In this document: in pieces, positions 44,978 to 54,378 of the stretch
Position numbering within the stretch: position 1 is the stretch's first letter
Layout of the letters: the number at the start of each line of letters is the position of its first letter
Assembly (NCBI GenBank): GCA_945885345.1
Contig: CAMCYP010000005.1
Span: 7,021-71,020 of the forward strand
DNA length: 64,000 nucleotides
Origin: Bordetella parapertussis
GTDB lineage: Bacteria; Pseudomonadota; Gammaproteobacteria; Burkholderiales; SG8-41
Direction of reading: 5' to 3'
Made by a program: the position numbers and the translations under genes
The notes under the pieces: generated by a model
What the model saw: only the letters and a program-made list of their open reading frames with translations
Database searches by the model: none
What the model was told of the DNA's origin: nothing

Positions 44978-45246
44978 CACGCCTGCTGCTGATGGCTCTG
45001 CTGTGCGGCCCAGTAGCCGGATATGCTGCCGGCGATCCGCAACGCGGCGAAAAACTGCATGCTGATTGCCTGGGTTGCCACGGTGCCGCGCTTTATGTGG
45101 CGCCACGGGCAAAAATCAACACACCGGTATCGCTGAAAAAGGAGGTCGAGCGCTGGAACGACCGTATGAATCCCAAATTCAGCAAACAGGACATCGAAGA
45201 TCTGCTGGCTTACCTGGATCGGGACTTTTATAAATTCACGCGGTAG
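44974..45246 (+). CDS. small monoheme c-type cytochrome
   Basis: 90 aa. Signal peptide, single CLGCH haem-binding motif. Confidence 0.6.
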   Translation: MTRLLLMALLCGPVAGYAAGDPQRGEKLHADCLGCHGAALYVAPRAKINTPVSLKKEVERWNDRMNPKFSKQDIEDLLAYLDRDFYKFTR

Positions 45247-45299
45247 AGGGGATCGGGGTGGTGCTGGGGATTATGATCTAAGTATTTGTTTTTATTTAA

Positions 45300-46142
45300 T
45301 TAATTGAGCTCTGCGGAGAGCAGCCAGAGCATCGCGTCCAGCCCCGAGTGATTCAAGGCATAGGTCGTCTTCTCGCGCACCACCGGTTTCGCACGATACG
45401 CCACGCTGACGCCGCACTCCGCCATGAATTTCAGATCGTTCGCGCCGTCGCCGACCCCGGCAATCTGCGTGCGTGAAATGCCGAGTTCCGTCGCCACGCG
45501 CAGCAGTGATGTGCGCTTCATGTCGGCGTTGACGATGTCGCCGATGACATTGCCCGTCAGCTTTCCGTTAATGATCTCGAGCACGTTCGAGTGCGTATAG
45601 TCGAGCCTGATGCGCGGCTTCAGCCGGTTCGTCATGTAGGTGAAGCCGCCAGACACCAGCAGCGTTTTGATGCCGGCGGCGCGGACTTTTTCGAGCAGGG
45701 CTTCCGCACCCGGCGAGAAGCGCAGTCGTTCATCGTAGACCCGCTGCAATGCGCTTTCATCCAGGCCTTTCAGCAAGGCCAGCCGCCGCCGCAGACTTTC
45801 GTCATATTCGATTTCACCGCGCATTGCGCTTGCGGTGATTTTGGCGACTTCGGCCTTGATGCCGACGATGTCGGCGAGCTCGTCTATGGTTTCCATGGTG
45901 ATCAGCGTCGAATCCATGTCCATCACCAGTAGTTTGAAATCGCCGAGTCGGCGGCCTTCCGGCACGAAGCCGTGATCGAGTTTTGCGCCGGCGCACAGTT
46001 CAGCGATGCCGGTTGCCGGTTGCGCATTGCACAGGCGGAATGCGGTGCCGGTCAGGCGATCGATGGCGCTGGCATTGGAGATTTTGGCGAGCTGTTTGAG
46101 GTCGGTGGTTGCTACCTCTGCGCCCTGGATGATGAGATGCAT
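45300..46142 (-). CDS. serB: phosphoserine phosphatase SerB
   Basis: 280 aa. HAD motif I VMDMDSTLI, later GDGANDL. N-terminal ACT-like region. Confidence 0.88.
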   Translation of the reverse strand: MHLIIQGAEVATTDLKQLAKISNASAIDRLTGTAFRLCNAQPATGIAELCAGAKLDHGFVPEGRRLGDFKLLVMDMDSTLITMETIDELADIVGIKAEVAKITASAMRGEIEYDESLRRRLALLKGLDESALQRVYDERLRFSPGAEALLEKVRAAGIKTLLVSGGFTYMTNRLKPRIRLDYTHSNVLEIINGKLTGNVIGDIVNADMKRTSLLRVATELGISRTQIAGVGDGANDLKFMAECGVSVAYRAKPVVREKTTYALNHSGLDAMLWLLSAELN

Positions 46143-46214
46143 GATGGTTCGGCTAAGGCGCCGAAAATATGTCGAAGAGGCGCGATTATAGCGGAGGCTT
46201 TAGGGCGATTCGCT

Positions 46215-46997
46215 TCAAGGCAAGCTGATCCAGGCCGCGATGCGCTGCACGACCTCGCGTTCGATGCCGTTAAAGCCATGATAGGCGCGGGCTTCGCAGG
46301 GATCGCCGACGCTGATGCCGCCTTCGAACACCAGCAGTTCCTTGCGCGGCGGCGTGGTCAGCCGCTCCATCAGTTGCGGCACATCGCTGAAGCGGCAGAC
46401 GCGGCAACTGTCCTCGCGGTGGTGCGCGACCAGCACGGGGATGCGGATGCGATCCAGCGCCATCTCCGGTACGGCGCGGCCTCGTGGATCGCTGACCACC
46501 GTCGAGGTGAGCACGATGCCGTCGGGGCCGCCGTCAGTGACCGGCAGGCGAGTGGCGATGTGCCCCACGGATTGTGTGCCGCGGCTGGTGCCGATCAGCC
46601 ATACCGGAATTTTTGATTGTTGCCGCAACCAGGCGATGACTGCCTTGACGTCGCTGACATGCTCGTCAGTCTGGCGATAACCGGACAAAAATGGTGGCGA
46701 TTGCCTGTCCGACGGCGCATCGATGACTACGGTGGTCAAACCTTGCTCGACAAATAGTTGGCGTGTGCGTATCAGGAAATTGCCACCGCGTGTAATGACG
46801 CCATCGGGCTGGATCTGGATGCCGCCGTCGCCGCCAGCGAACAGGATCACAGCGGCCTTGGGTTTTCCCGGGGTGATGACGAGGATGCGCTGCGTGACGC
46901 CGGGGCGCGACGGCACATCCACCACCTGCGGCGATTGTGCATGGGCAGCCGATGCGGCGGCCAGCAGCAGCATCGACTGCATGCGAAGAATGTTCAT
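46215..46997 (-). CDS. secreted alpha/beta-fold hydrolase
   Basis: Signal peptide MNILRMQSMLLLAAASAAHA. LIGTSRGT nucleophile-elbow-like segment. 4-nt overlap with the upstream AraC gene. Confidence 0.65.
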   Translation of the reverse strand: MNILRMQSMLLLAAASAAHAQSPQVVDVPSRPGVTQRILVITPGKPKAAVILFAGGDGGIQIQPDGVITRGGNFLIRTRQLFVEQGLTTVVIDAPSDRQSPPFLSGYRQTDEHVSDVKAVIAWLRQQSKIPVWLIGTSRGTQSVGHIATRLPVTDGGPDGIVLTSTVVSDPRGRAVPEMALDRIRIPVLVAHHREDSCRVCRFSDVPQLMERLTTPPRKELLVFEGGISVGDPCEARAYHGFNGIEREVVQRIAAWISLP

Positions 46998-47974
46998 GGC
47001 TGAGCAGCTTTCCGGATTGCTCCGGCCCTGCGCCAGGTCGCCGGCGGCATGCCGAACTCGCGCTTGAAGGCCCGGCTGAAGGCGGCCTCCGATTCGTAAC
47101 CACTGCGCTCGGCGATACGCACGATGGCGTCCCCGTCCGAACGCAGCGACTGCGCCGCGAGCGCCAGGCGCCAGCGCATCAGGTACTGGATGGGTGGTTC
47201 ACCGACCAGCGCCGCAAAACGCTCAGCCAGCGCGGAACGGGAAAGCGCCACCTCGCGCGCCAGTTCGTCCACGGTCCAGGCGCGGCCTGGATTGCCATGC
47301 ATCAAGGCCAGTGCGCGCCCGATCTGCGGGTCGCGCACGCCAGCCAGCCAGCCGCGACCTTCCGGGGGCATCTGTTCGACGTATCGCCGCAGGGCTTCGA
47401 CGAACATCAGTTCGGCCAGCTTGGCGAGCATGGATTCGGCGCCCGGCCGCGCATTCGAGGATTCGGCCACGCCCACGCGCAACAGTTCGCGCAGCAGCGC
47501 TGATGCCGGCCCGTCGCCAATGGGAATGCGCAAAACGCGCGGCAGAGCTTCAAGCAGCGGGCGGCACACGCTGCGGCTGCACGCAAGATAGCCGCATACG
47601 AAGCGCGTGGCGGTTCCGCCGCCGCCATGGCGGATCTGGGTGAAGTCGGTGGCGGCATCCGCATCGATCAGGCTGGCTGTTGCCACGGGTGCGAGACGCA
47701 GGTCGCTACCCAGCAGGTGAGCGGCATCGTTCAGAAACAGCACGAGGTCCCCGGCGACCAGATCCAGGGTTTCCCCACCGTCGGCCATGCGCAACTTGCA
47801 ACCACCCTCGGTCAGGAAGTGGAAGAACATCACGTGCTCGGCTCCGGAAAGCTGTGTCTTGACGCTGGTCAGGCCGAATTTCGACAGCGCGCACCACGGC
47901 GCGGTGAACTCCGCGTTGATGTAGACGGCGCCTTCGAGATGCACCGACTTCAGTACGTCTGACAAGGCATCCAT
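46994..47974 (-). CDS. AraC-family transcriptional regulator with N-terminal cupin domain
   Basis: MDALSDVLKSVHLEGAVY cupin_6-like N-terminus. C-terminal dual HTH (GYESEAAFSRAFKREFG). Confidence 0.85.
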   Translation of the reverse strand: MDALSDVLKSVHLEGAVYINAEFTAPWCALSKFGLTSVKTQLSGAEHVMFFHFLTEGGCKLRMADGGETLDLVAGDLVLFLNDAAHLLGSDLRLAPVATASLIDADAATDFTQIRHGGGGTATRFVCGYLACSRSVCRPLLEALPRVLRIPIGDGPASALLRELLRVGVAESSNARPGAESMLAKLAELMFVEALRRYVEQMPPEGRGWLAGVRDPQIGRALALMHGNPGRAWTVDELAREVALSRSALAERFAALVGEPPIQYLMRWRLALAAQSLRSDGDAIVRIAERSGYESEAAFSRAFKREFGMPPATWRRAGAIRKAAQP

Positions 47975-48108
47975 GGAGTTTCGGTCAAGAACTTCGGTGT
48001 TTCGGCCAAGACGCACAGCCGGAGGGTACGGATACTAGCAACCCTCGCGGCGCCGGGCAATTTGCGCCGTTTCTGGATTTCAATGTGCAACCGGAAAGGA
48101 TTTACAGC

Positions 48109-48960
48109 ATGACGACCACCGAAATGCTCCGCTCCACTGTTCCCCCTGCCCAGCCGGGCATCGATCTTGCCGCCGTCAAGACCCGCCAGCAGGCCGCGTG
48201 GTCCACGGGCAACTATGCCGTCGTCGGCACGACGCTGCAGATTGTCGGCGAAAACCTGTGCGAGGCACTCGACCTGCGCGCCGGCAGCCGTGTGCTCGAC
48301 GTCGCCGCCGGCAACGGCAATGCCACCCTGGCAGCCGCACGTCGCTGGTGCGAAGTGACTTCCACCGACTATGTGGCGGCGCTGCTCGAATCCGGGCGGA
48401 GGCGGGCGCAGGCCGAAGGGCATGCCATCCGCTTCCAGGAAGCGGATGCCGAGAATCTGCCGTTCCCTGACGCGTCATTTGATGTGGTGATGTCCACCTT
48501 CGGCGTGATGTTTACCCCGAACCAGGGGCGCGCGGCGAGCGAACTGCTGCGTGTGTGCAAGCCCGGCGGCAGGATCGGCCTGGCGAACTGGACGCCGGAA
48601 AGTTTTATCGGGAAAGTATTCAAAACCATCGGCCAGTACATTCCGCCCGCACCGGGGGTTCAGTCACCGGCGCAGTGGGGCACGAAGGCGCGGCTCGAGG
48701 AACTGTTCGGCAAAAACGCGAGGGAAATCCGCACCACCATCCGTCCGTTCACCTTCCGCTACGCCTCGCCGGCGCACTGGATCGAAGTGTTCCGCACTTA
48801 CTACGGCCCGATGAGCAAGACCTTCCTTGCGCTTGATTCTGCGCAGCAGGCGGCGTTCACCCGTGACCTGCTGGCCCTGATGGCGCATGACAACTGCTCG
48901 GGCGATGACACGCTGGTCCTGCCCAGCGATTATCTTGAAGTCGTGATCGAGCGCAAATGA
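48109..48960 (+). CDS. class I SAM-dependent methyltransferase
   Basis: Motif I VLDVAAGNGN, post-I acidic residue. SD GGAAAGGA upstream of ATG 48109. Confidence 0.8.
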   Translation: MTTTEMLRSTVPPAQPGIDLAAVKTRQQAAWSTGNYAVVGTTLQIVGENLCEALDLRAGSRVLDVAAGNGNATLAAARRWCEVTSTDYVAALLESGRRRAQAEGHAIRFQEADAENLPFPDASFDVVMSTFGVMFTPNQGRAASELLRVCKPGGRIGLANWTPESFIGKVFKTIGQYIPPAPGVQSPAQWGTKARLEELFGKNAREIRTTIRPFTFRYASPAHWIEVFRTYYGPMSKTFLALDSAQQAAFTRDLLALMAHDNCSGDDTLVLPSDYLEVVIERK

Positions 48961-48988
48961 ACAGCAACAACCAACAGGGATATGCAAC

Positions 48989-49423
48989 ATGAGCAAGGAA
49001 AAAACGTACGAGGGCAGCTGCTTTTGCGGGACTGTCCAGTTCACGGTCAGCGGTGAACCGGCCGGCATGGGCTATTGCCATTGCGAATCCTGTCGCAGCT
49101 GGTCGGCGGGCCCGGTCAACGCCTTTACCTTGTGGAAACCCGAAGCTGTGCAGGTCGCGCGCGGTGCAGACCAGATCGGTACTTACAACAAGACGCCGCA
49201 CAGTTCGCGCAAATGGTGCAAAACCTGTGGCGGCCATATATTTACCGAGCATCCCGGCATGGGGCTCACCGACGTGTATGCGGCGGTCATTCCGGAATTT
49301 CCGTTCCACGCCGGCATCCATGTCAATTACCAGGAGTCGAGGCTGCCGATCAGGGACGGATTGCTTAAGATGAAAGACATGCCGAAGGAAATGGGGGGCT
49401 CCGGCGCCAGCGTGGCGGAGTAA
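48989..49423 (+). CDS. GFA/CENP-V family Cys-rich zinc protein
   Basis: GSCFCGTVQF ... GYCHCESCRSWS ... KWCKTCG motifs. Confidence 0.8.
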   Translation: MSKEKTYEGSCFCGTVQFTVSGEPAGMGYCHCESCRSWSAGPVNAFTLWKPEAVQVARGADQIGTYNKTPHSSRKWCKTCGGHIFTEHPGMGLTDVYAAVIPEFPFHAGIHVNYQESRLPIRDGLLKMKDMPKEMGGSGASVAE

Positions 49424-49473
49424 CGCAGCCTTCGCTTATTTCCGGACCGCTGTCCGGCGTGACTGCCGCATGG

Positions 49474-49806
49474 TCACGCCGGACGCGGCGCAAACAGGAT
49501 GATCGCCATGCCGGTAACGGCGACTGCGGCACCGGTCAGATCCCACAGCGTCGGACGGATGCCGTCCACGGCCCACAGCCAGAGGATGGCGACGGCGACA
49601 TAGACGCCGCCGTACGCGGCATAGACCCGGCCGGCAGCGGCAGGGTGCAGTGTCAGCAGCCAGACGAACAATCCCAGTGAAACAGCGGCCGGCCCCAGCA
49701 CCCAGACTGGTGCGCCCTTGTGCAGCCACAGATAAGGCAGATAGCAGCCAACGATTTCGGCGAGGGCCGTGGCGATGAACAGGGCAGCGGTTTTTAGTTC
49801 GTACAT
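49474..49806 (-). CDS. ynfA: YnfA (UPF0060) small membrane protein
   Basis: 110 aa, four [14 protein letters not shown] ... [12 protein letters not shown] typical of YnfA. Confidence 0.8.
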   Translation of the reverse strand: MYELKTAALFIATALAEIVGCYLPYLWLHKGAPVWVLGPAAVSLGLFVWLLTLHPAAAGRVYAAYGGVYVAVAILWLWAVDGIRPTLWDLTGAAVAVTGMAIILFAPRPA

Positions 49807-49998
49807 GTCGGATTTTCAGGGTGGTTTTGCCGATTCTAGCGGTGGTGCGGTGCCGGATGCCGGGGTTATTTTTTAGCAATTTGATTTTTTGGGTTAAAAA
49901 TGCGCTTGTGAGGCACGGTGCAATGCGCCCGTCGCGTCCTGCAGGGGCGCATCGCAACGAGCATGTTGTTGCCGGGCCCGGTTGACGCACCGAACAAC

Positions 49999-50751
49999 TC
50001 AATATCCCAGTACAAGCTTCACGACCAGCATCATTACGACGCCCAGTACAAAGGCCGCGAAGTGAATGATATTGGCCTTCATGTCAGTATGTGCCTTGAC
50101 CTCTGGAATCAGGTCTGATGCGCCAATGTAAATGAAATTGCCGGCCGCGAACGGCACCAGAAAGGATATGTCGAGCCGGAAAGATGCGAAGTAGGCAATG
50201 ATGCTTCCCAGCAGGAAGGTCAGTGCGGACAGCACGTTGTAGAACAGCGCCTGGCGTCGCCCCCAGCCGCCATGCACTAGTACCCCGAAATCACCGAGTT
50301 CTTGCGGCACCTCGTGTGCTGCTGCTGCGAGCCAGGTCACGATGCCCAAGCGGATGTCAATCAGAAAGGTCCCCGCCACTGCCAGCCCGCCCAGGAAATT
50401 GTGCAGGCCATCGCCGATCAGTATCAAGTAAGTCAGCGGTTTTTTGCATGTGGTTTCGGCACGATGGCAGTGATGCCAGTGCAGGAGCTGTTCCAGTCCG
50501 AAGAAAATCGTGAAGCCAGCCAGAACGAGGGTGTAGACGGTAAGATCGCCCAAGCCGGAGGCGAGTCCCACCGGGATCATGTGAAAAAAGGCTCCGCCCA
50601 GCAGTGAGCCGGCAGAGAAGGCCACCAGCGGCAGCAGTATGCGCTGCAGCGTTTGTTCGCTCAGCACCAATGTAATGCTGCCGACGAGCGCAATTGCGCT
50701 CATCATCAGCCCGCTCCCGACAATCCACAGCAACAACGGATCCAGGTTCAT
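49999..50751 (-). CDS. ZIP-family divalent metal transporter
   Basis: 250 aa, multi-TM. HEVPQELGDF and GDGLHNFLGG motifs, His-rich loop HWHHCH. Confidence 0.85.
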   Translation of the reverse strand: MNLDPLLLWIVGSGLMMSAIALVGSITLVLSEQTLQRILLPLVAFSAGSLLGGAFFHMIPVGLASGLGDLTVYTLVLAGFTIFFGLEQLLHWHHCHRAETTCKKPLTYLILIGDGLHNFLGGLAVAGTFLIDIRLGIVTWLAAAAHEVPQELGDFGVLVHGGWGRRQALFYNVLSALTFLLGSIIAYFASFRLDISFLVPFAAGNFIYIGASDLIPEVKAHTDMKANIIHFAAFVLGVVMMLVVKLVLGY

Positions 50752-50941
50752 GATTTTCGGCCGAGTTTCAGAGCAGTGTCTTCAAGGCCCAATGAAACAC
50801 GCATTGTCTGCGGGCGGGGCTGTGATCTCCCATTTCGTCAGTACGCCCATATTCGGATCCGCTGCTACAGCATTGTCCTGCGTCAATCGTTGTCGGTCGA
50901 TGCGCCGATGCGCTGCCGCGGCATCAAAGCAGTACCTGATC

Positions 50942-51451
50942 TCAAGGAAAGGCCGGGATGGTCGGTTCGACGCCTTTGACGTCGGCTTCAGGGTGATGTT
51001 GCTTGATGATCTGCGTGATTTCCTGGATGCGGGCTACAGGCACGTCGATCATCATCAAAAGTTCGCCCTTGTTGATGGCACGCTCGAAGCGTTTCAGGTG
51101 CGTATTGCCCACATTCATGCCCACCATGCCGCCCAGCCATGCGCCGACCCCCGCACCTGCCAAGGTGCTCGCAAGGATGATGCCGCCGGCAATGACGATG
51201 TTGGCTGCCGGCAGCGAAATCGCCACCAGACCGGCCAGGGTGCCGGCGGCCCCCCCCATCGCAAGTCCGCGCTGTGTGGCGGGGATGAAATCCGATTTTT
51301 GCAACAAAGAGGCCTCAGGCAAATCTTCCAACGGCGTGCCGCGCTTTGCGAGTACGTGCATATTGCGTTCTTCGATACGCGCCAGCAGCAATTCGTCAAC
51401 GATGGCTTTCGCGCTGGCAATGTTCGGGGCAAGGAAATAAAGGCGTTTCAT
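50942..51451 (-). CDS. DUF1269-like membrane protein with glycine-zipper segment
   Basis: MKRLYFLAP start. Gly/Ala-rich TM region GGAAGTLAGL...GAGVGAWLGGMVG. The track ORF extends to 51550. Confidence 0.55.
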   Translation of the reverse strand: MKRLYFLAPNIASAKAIVDELLLARIEERNMHVLAKRGTPLEDLPEASLLQKSDFIPATQRGLAMGGAAGTLAGLVAISLPAANIVIAGGIILASTLAGAGVGAWLGGMVGMNVGNTHLKRFERAINKGELLMMIDVPVARIQEITQIIKQHHPEADVKGVEPTIPAFP

Positions 51452-51633
51452 ATTGCGTTCTCCGGAAGATCGGACGGCTATTCCAGAAATGGAAAGCGGT
51501 CTTTTTTGCTGCGGTGTTACTGTCAGTGATGCAATGGCAGATATTGCCAATTACGGTGCTGGCGGACGGATGGGAGAGCGGTGCGACCGCGGGAACTGCC
51601 GCTATCGTCCCCCGTTTCAATGCCGGCCGGGCC

Positions 51634-52239
51634 TCAGTCCCCCATTTCCGGTTTCCAGATTTCCCAAATCCTGCCTACGAGATCAGGCCCCGGCTTGAGC
51701 GTCATTTTGCCGGGCTTCCATCCCGACGGCGTGGCCTCGGCGCCTTTGCTGTCGCGGACCACCTGGAAAGCCTGGATCTGCCTGATGGTTTCGCCCACGT
51801 TCCTGCCGACCGGCGGCGTCAGCACTTCGAAAGCCTGGATGATGCCGTCGGGATCGATGATGAACCGCCCGCGGTTTTCCACCCCCGCATCCTCGTCGTA
51901 CGCGCCGTAGACCGTTCCGACCTTGCCGCCTCCGTCGGAGAGCATGGCGAAAGGGACGCCGCCCTTGACCATTTTCGACAGTTCATGGTCATTCCACATC
52001 TTGTGCACGAAAACGCTGTCGACGCTCATCGACAGGACTTCGACGCCGAGTTTCTGAAATTCCGGATATTTATCGGCGACCGCCGATATCTCCGTTGCTC
52101 AGACAAACGTGAAATCACCCGGATACAGGCAGAGCACGACCCATTTGCCCAGGTGATCCGAGAGTTTTACCGAGGTGAACGCGCCCTTGTGATAAGCCGG
52201 CGCGACAAAATCAGGGGCTGGTTTTCCGACCTGGATCAT
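51634..52239 (-). CDS. peroxiredoxin (AhpC/Prx family) with in-frame UGA at the peroxidatic position; candidate selenoprotein
   Basis: Track ORFs 52099..52425 and 51634..52029 share one frame. The only stop between them is the TGA at 52099-52101, codon 47. Read-through gives [17 protein letters not shown], against the family motif FTFVCPTEI. ATG 52239 lies 7 nt after AAGGAGG. Confidence 0.75.
52064..52093 (-). promoter_or_regulatory. SECIS-like stem-loop downstream of the in-frame UGA
   Basis: RNA GGAGAUAUCGGC-GGUC-GCCGAUAAAUAUCC starts 5 nt after the UGA codon (8 nt after its first base). 7-bp apical stem and GGUC loop, with G/U at +22/+23 from the U of UGA. Confidence 0.55.
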
Positions 52240-52737
52240 TTTACGTACCTCCTTCGGTGATTGCGGTGTCTGCATTTCCTGCGTTGCGTCCGCTTGCCCC
52301 ACCGGGCCGCCGGTCGGTCGGGCGCATCCAATTTTGGGTGTTTCAGCCATAACAAAACTCCTTCGGAATAAAGATTCCATGGCGTCGGGAAATGATGAGG
52401 ATTTGCCCATTGCGCTGGATATCAACGGAAATCGGCTTGCTGAGACCTGATACTACCTGCTACTAGAAGCGGGGGCTTGGACGTTTATTGATACAGGTCA
52501 ACGCGGCAGGTGCTCCTGGTCGCACTTGTGTCAGGAGCCAATTTTTATATTTAAAAACATGGCATTGTCGCTGGCATCGGCCTTCGCGTCCCTGGTCCGG
52601 GCACTGGCTGGCACGTCGCTCAGGCTGCGCCGGAACCAAAATGCTATCTTATTGATTTTAAAGGTAAATAATATCGATTATAATGCGCCCCTCAAAACGC
52701 TGGCCGCATCCTGCGACAGCGTGGCACCAGGCATCAG

Positions 52738-54351
52738 ATGAGCATCGACAAAGAAGTCTCGCGGCGACGCACCTTCGCCATCATTTCGCATCCCGACGCG
52801 GGCAAGACCACGCTGACCGAAAAGCTGCTGCTGTTCGCCGGTGCGATCCACATCGCCGGCAGCGTCAAGTCGCGCAAGGCCTCGCGTTACGCGACTTCGG
52901 ACTGGATGGAAATCGAGAAGCAGCGCGGCATCTCGGTCGCCAGTTCGGTGATGCAGATGGAGTATCGGGATTGCGTCATCAACCTGCTCGACACCCCCGG
53001 CCATCGCGATTTTTCCGAAGACACCTACCGCGTGTTGACCGCCGTCGACGCCGCGCTGATGGTGATCGACGCCGCCAACGGCATCGAGCCGCAGACGCTG
53101 CGCTTACTTCAGGTTTGCCGCGGGCAGAACACGCCGGTGATTACCTTCATCAACAAGATGGATCGTGAAGTGCGTGAACCGACGGACCTCGTTGATGAAA
53201 TCGAACGCACACTGGGCATGCCGGTTGTGCCCTGCACCTGGCCCGTCGGCATGGGCAAGCAGTTCAAGGGTGTGTTCGACCTGCGCAACGACCGCATGCG
53301 CGTGTTCACCGCCGGAGAAGACCGCGTCGGCGCCAATGACGATGAAATCATCTCCGGTATCGATAACCCGGAATGTGTGGCGCGGTACGGCGACACCTTT
53401 ACCCACGCCCGCCAGGAAATCGAACTGGTGCAGGGCGTATCGCCGAGTTACGACCGAGAGACCTTCCTCGCCGGCAAACAGACGCCGCTGTTTTTTGGTT
53501 CGGCGATCAACAACTTCGGTGTGCAGGAAGTGCTCGACGCGGTGATCGATTTTGCATCGCCCCCGCGTGCCCACAAGGCCCTGCAGCGCACGGTCGAGCC
53601 GGTGGAGCCCAAGTTCTCCGGTGTGGTGTTCAAGATCCAGGCCAATATGGATCCGGGGCATCGCGACCGCGTTGCCTTCATCCGCGTCTGCTCCGGCCGT
53701 TTCGAGCGCAGCATGCGGCTGAAAAACTGCCGCACCGACAAATTTTTCCGCCCGAGCAGCGTGGTGTCCTTCCTGTCGCAGCGCCGCGACCAGGTTGAGG
53801 ATGCCTACGCCGGTGACATCATCGGCATTCCCAACCATGGCGTGCTGCAACTCGGCGACACGCTGACCGAAGGCGAAGACCTGCAGTTCACCGGCCTGCC
53901 GTTTTTTGCGCCGGAACTGTTCCAGACCGTCGAGGTTGCTGATCCGTTGCGCAGCAAGCAGTTGCGCACCGGACTGGCCCAATTGGGCGAGGAGGGTGCG
54001 ATCCAGGTGTTCAAGCCGGTGGCGGGTACCCTGCTGCTGCTCGGTGCGGTCGGCCAGTTGCAGTTCGAGGTGGTGGCGCACCGCTTGAAACACGAATACG
54101 GCTGCGAAGCGCGGCTGGCGCCGGCACGTTATGTCGCGGCGCGCTGGGTGACCTGTGATGACGAGCGCGAACTGCAGCGTTTTATCGATGCCAATTCACA
54201 CCGCGTGGCGCACGATGCGGTGGGTGCGCCGGCCTTTCTTGCGACCAATTCAATCGAAATTGATGTGGCCACCGAGCAGTGGCCGAAAATCAAGTTCCAT
54301 GCGTTGCGTGAGCACGCGGGACTGATTTTTCACTCCAACGCCGTAAGCTGA
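52738..54351 (+). CDS. prfC: peptide chain release factor 3
   Basis: 537 aa. GTPase motifs SHPDAGKTT, DTPGH, NKMD. Confidence 0.95.
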   Translation: MSIDKEVSRRRTFAIISHPDAGKTTLTEKLLLFAGAIHIAGSVKSRKASRYATSDWMEIEKQRGISVASSVMQMEYRDCVINLLDTPGHRDFSEDTYRVLTAVDAALMVIDAANGIEPQTLRLLQVCRGQNTPVITFINKMDREVREPTDLVDEIERTLGMPVVPCTWPVGMGKQFKGVFDLRNDRMRVFTAGEDRVGANDDEIISGIDNPECVARYGDTFTHARQEIELVQGVSPSYDRETFLAGKQTPLFFGSAINNFGVQEVLDAVIDFASPPRAHKALQRTVEPVEPKFSGVVFKIQANMDPGHRDRVAFIRVCSGRFERSMRLKNCRTDKFFRPSSVVSFLSQRRDQVEDAYAGDIIGIPNHGVLQLGDTLTEGEDLQFTGLPFFAPELFQTVEVADPLRSKQLRTGLAQLGEEGAIQVFKPVAGTLLLLGAVGQLQFEVVAHRLKHEYGCEARLAPARYVAARWVTCDDERELQRFIDANSHRVAHDAVGAPAFLATNSIEIDVATEQWPKIKFHALREHAGLIFHSNAVS

Positions 54352-54378
54352 ACGACAAACGGTACATAGCCCGGATGA

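Noticed and set aside
49920-49956. Hairpin ATGCGCCC...GGGGCGCAT downstream of the ZIP transporter gene as a terminator.
   Set aside because: No U-tract follows on the relevant strand, so the evidence is too weak to list.
51634-52425. Reading the two Prx fragments as a pseudogene, or as two separate small genes.
   Set aside because: A single stop, in frame, falls on the catalytic Cys codon and is a TGA followed by a suitably placed hairpin. There are no frameshifts or other stops, and the SD and start are strong. The upstream part of ORF 52099..52425 (residues 1-62) has no coding support and lies upstream of the SD.
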